Positions 48,665-49,946 of a DNA stretch of 49,946 nucleotides are shown here, in pieces. Every line of letters starts with the position of its first letter. Position 1 is the first letter of the stretch. The stretch is from Vulcanisaeta sp. AZ3 (lineage in GTDB: Archaea > Thermoproteota > Thermoprotei > Thermoproteales > Thermocladiaceae): the NCBI GenBank assembly GCA_000960865.2, contig JZWU02000009.1, positions 1 through 49,946 of the forward strand, read 5' to 3'. Under the pieces are notes generated by a model. The model saw nothing but the letters and a program-made list of their open reading frames with translations. It was not told the origin of the DNA and did no database searches. The position numbers and the translations under genes were made by a program.

Positions 48665-49838
48665 GTCTTGCAATGAAGAAGCCAGGTGTATCATGGATGT
48701 GTGGATAAAACCTAACTACAGAGTTCTCATATCTATCCACTAAACCTCCTGAGGCATTAGGCACTGAAGTATCTACAACCTTAAAGCCTAGACTCTCAGC
48801 ATAGGCAATATTATCCTCATCCTCAAGAGGTGGTAATGTACATGTAGAGTAGATGAGAATCCCGCCGGGCTTTAATAATTTCCAAGCGACCTTAATGAAT
48901 TGCCTTTGGTAATTCGACATAGATCTCACGAGATTCATAGTCTTATTATCAAAGAGTCTCGGCCTAACACCCATATCAGTGCATGGTGGGTCAATAACCA
49001 CCTTATCGACAACACCCACGAGGTCAGTCCTATCAATATCCAAGTACCTCGTATCCCTAGCCTCAACTCTACAATACTCTCTCATCCCAAGTCTCTCAAG
49101 TATTCTCATAATCTCCTGAACCTTAGCAGGACTCCTATCAAATGAATGAACAATGGCTTTACCACCACTTAATTGTATGATATGGCTTGTCTTACCACCA
49201 GGTGCTGCATTCATATCTACAATTACCTCACCAGGTCCTGGATTAACCAAACGAGCAACCCATTGAGCCGGTAGAGATTGATCATAAAGTAAGCCGGCCT
49301 CATACTCAGGCAATTCTCGAATCTTAGGCGCACTATATGTACTCGTTAATACCCTAACCGCAACACCCCCATTTACCTTCCTAACCTCATCACTACCTAT
49401 TTCAGCAACGCCAAAGGCAACCACCTCACCATTAGGTGCAAGAACATTAACCTCATCACCCTTCTTAATAGAATCCTCAAACCTAACAACCCCAGGCACG
49501 TATAAATTAGCACCCACATAAACACTCTCAGCAGCTCTCTTATCTGCTAAGACTAATTTACGAGCACTAGGTATTTTATTAGGCCCTCCCACTGGAAACC
49601 AGAGAGCCTCGCTTAATTCCTCATCAATATGAACCTCAAGACCACGATTATGCAACCTATCAGCTAGGTCCTCAGGACTTATCCTAAGAGTATTAACCCT
49701 AACGTAATACCTACTAGGGGGCCTCCTAATAGCCTCGAATATATTAATCAACTCACCCTCGGAGAAGTATTGAAGTAAGTATCCATACAATTCATGATCA
49801 AGCCTATGCCCTTTCACAATCTCAATCCAACTCGCCAT
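48648..49838 (-). CDS. RsmB/NOP2-family RNA m5C methyltransferase with PUA domain
   Basis: RVNTL, PUA (AESVYVGANLYVPGV), DMNAAPGGKT, DPPCT, YSTCT, GFFIARL. Confidence 0.92.
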   Translation of the reverse strand: MASWIEIVKGHRLDHELYGYLLQYFSEGELINIFEAIRRPPSRYYVRVNTLRISPEDLADRLHNRGLEVHIDEELSEALWFPVGGPNKIPSARKLVLADKRAAESVYVGANLYVPGVVRFEDSIKKGDEVNVLAPNGEVVAFGVAEIGSDEVRKVNGGVAVRVLTSTYSAPKIRELPEYEAGLLYDQSLPAQWVARLVNPGPGEVIVDMNAAPGGKTSHIIQLSGGKAIVHSFDRSPAKVQEIMRILERLGMREYCRVEARDTRYLDIDRTDLVGVVDKVVIDPPCTDMGVRPRLFDNKTMNLVRSMSNYQRQFIKVAWKLLKPGGILIYSTCTLPPLEDEDNIAYAESLGFKVVDTSVPNASGGLVDRYENSVVRFYPHIHDTPGFFIARLMKPE

Positions 49839-49852
49839 AACTGCTCATTCTC

Positions 49853-49945
49853 TCAATTAGACCTAACTGTGGAGGCTTGATTGCTCATATCCCTTAATCT
49901 CTTAAGCAATACGTTAACAGTACCCTCAGGATTCTCCTTAGCAGC
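49853..49945 (-). CDS. 3' end of an unidentified CDS entering from beyond the window
   Basis: Open frame AAKENPEGTVNVLLKRLRDMSNQASTVRSN* ending 14 nt before the methyltransferase start. Confidence 0.5.
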   Translation of the reverse strand, partial: AAKENPEGTVNVLLKRLRDMSNQASTVRSN

Positions 49946-49946
49946 C

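Noticed and set aside
1-49946. CRISPR array, integrase, transposase, att duplication at tRNA 3' ends, RNase P or SRP RNA
   Set aside because: No regularly spaced repeats, recombinase ORFs, duplicated tRNA ends or hallmark motifs were seen by eye.

Overview
Core-genome window of a hyperthermophilic crenarchaeon, most likely Thermoproteaceae (Vulcanisaeta-like). This is an inference from RadA, aIF-2beta, eL14, GAPOR, multi-intron tRNAs and C/D box sRNAs. It holds the 3' part of a SoeAB/SreAB-type molybdoenzyme operon, nuoJ/K/N, a queE / frameshifted GAT-queC / yhhQ archaeosine cluster, a split UxaA/SuyAB-type dehydratase, a split glcF-glcD operon, purA/purB and a dsrE-tusA-tusA sulfur relay. 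RNA genes read from the sequence are tRNA-His, two-intron tRNA-Arg(GCG), two-intron tRNA-Cys, an unlinked 5S rRNA and four C/D box guide sRNAs missing from the ORF track. The best leads are three: (1) a ~160-bp ORF-less IS200/IS605-like element between a TTTAA motif and the radA promoter, possibly a stand-alone TnpB omegaRNA cassette; (2) a winged-helix regulator fused to a degenerate tetrapyrrole-methyltransferase domain beside the sulfur-relay genes; (3) the single-base frameshift in GAT-queC. No CRISPR array was seen. All family calls come from motif recognition by eye, not from database searches.
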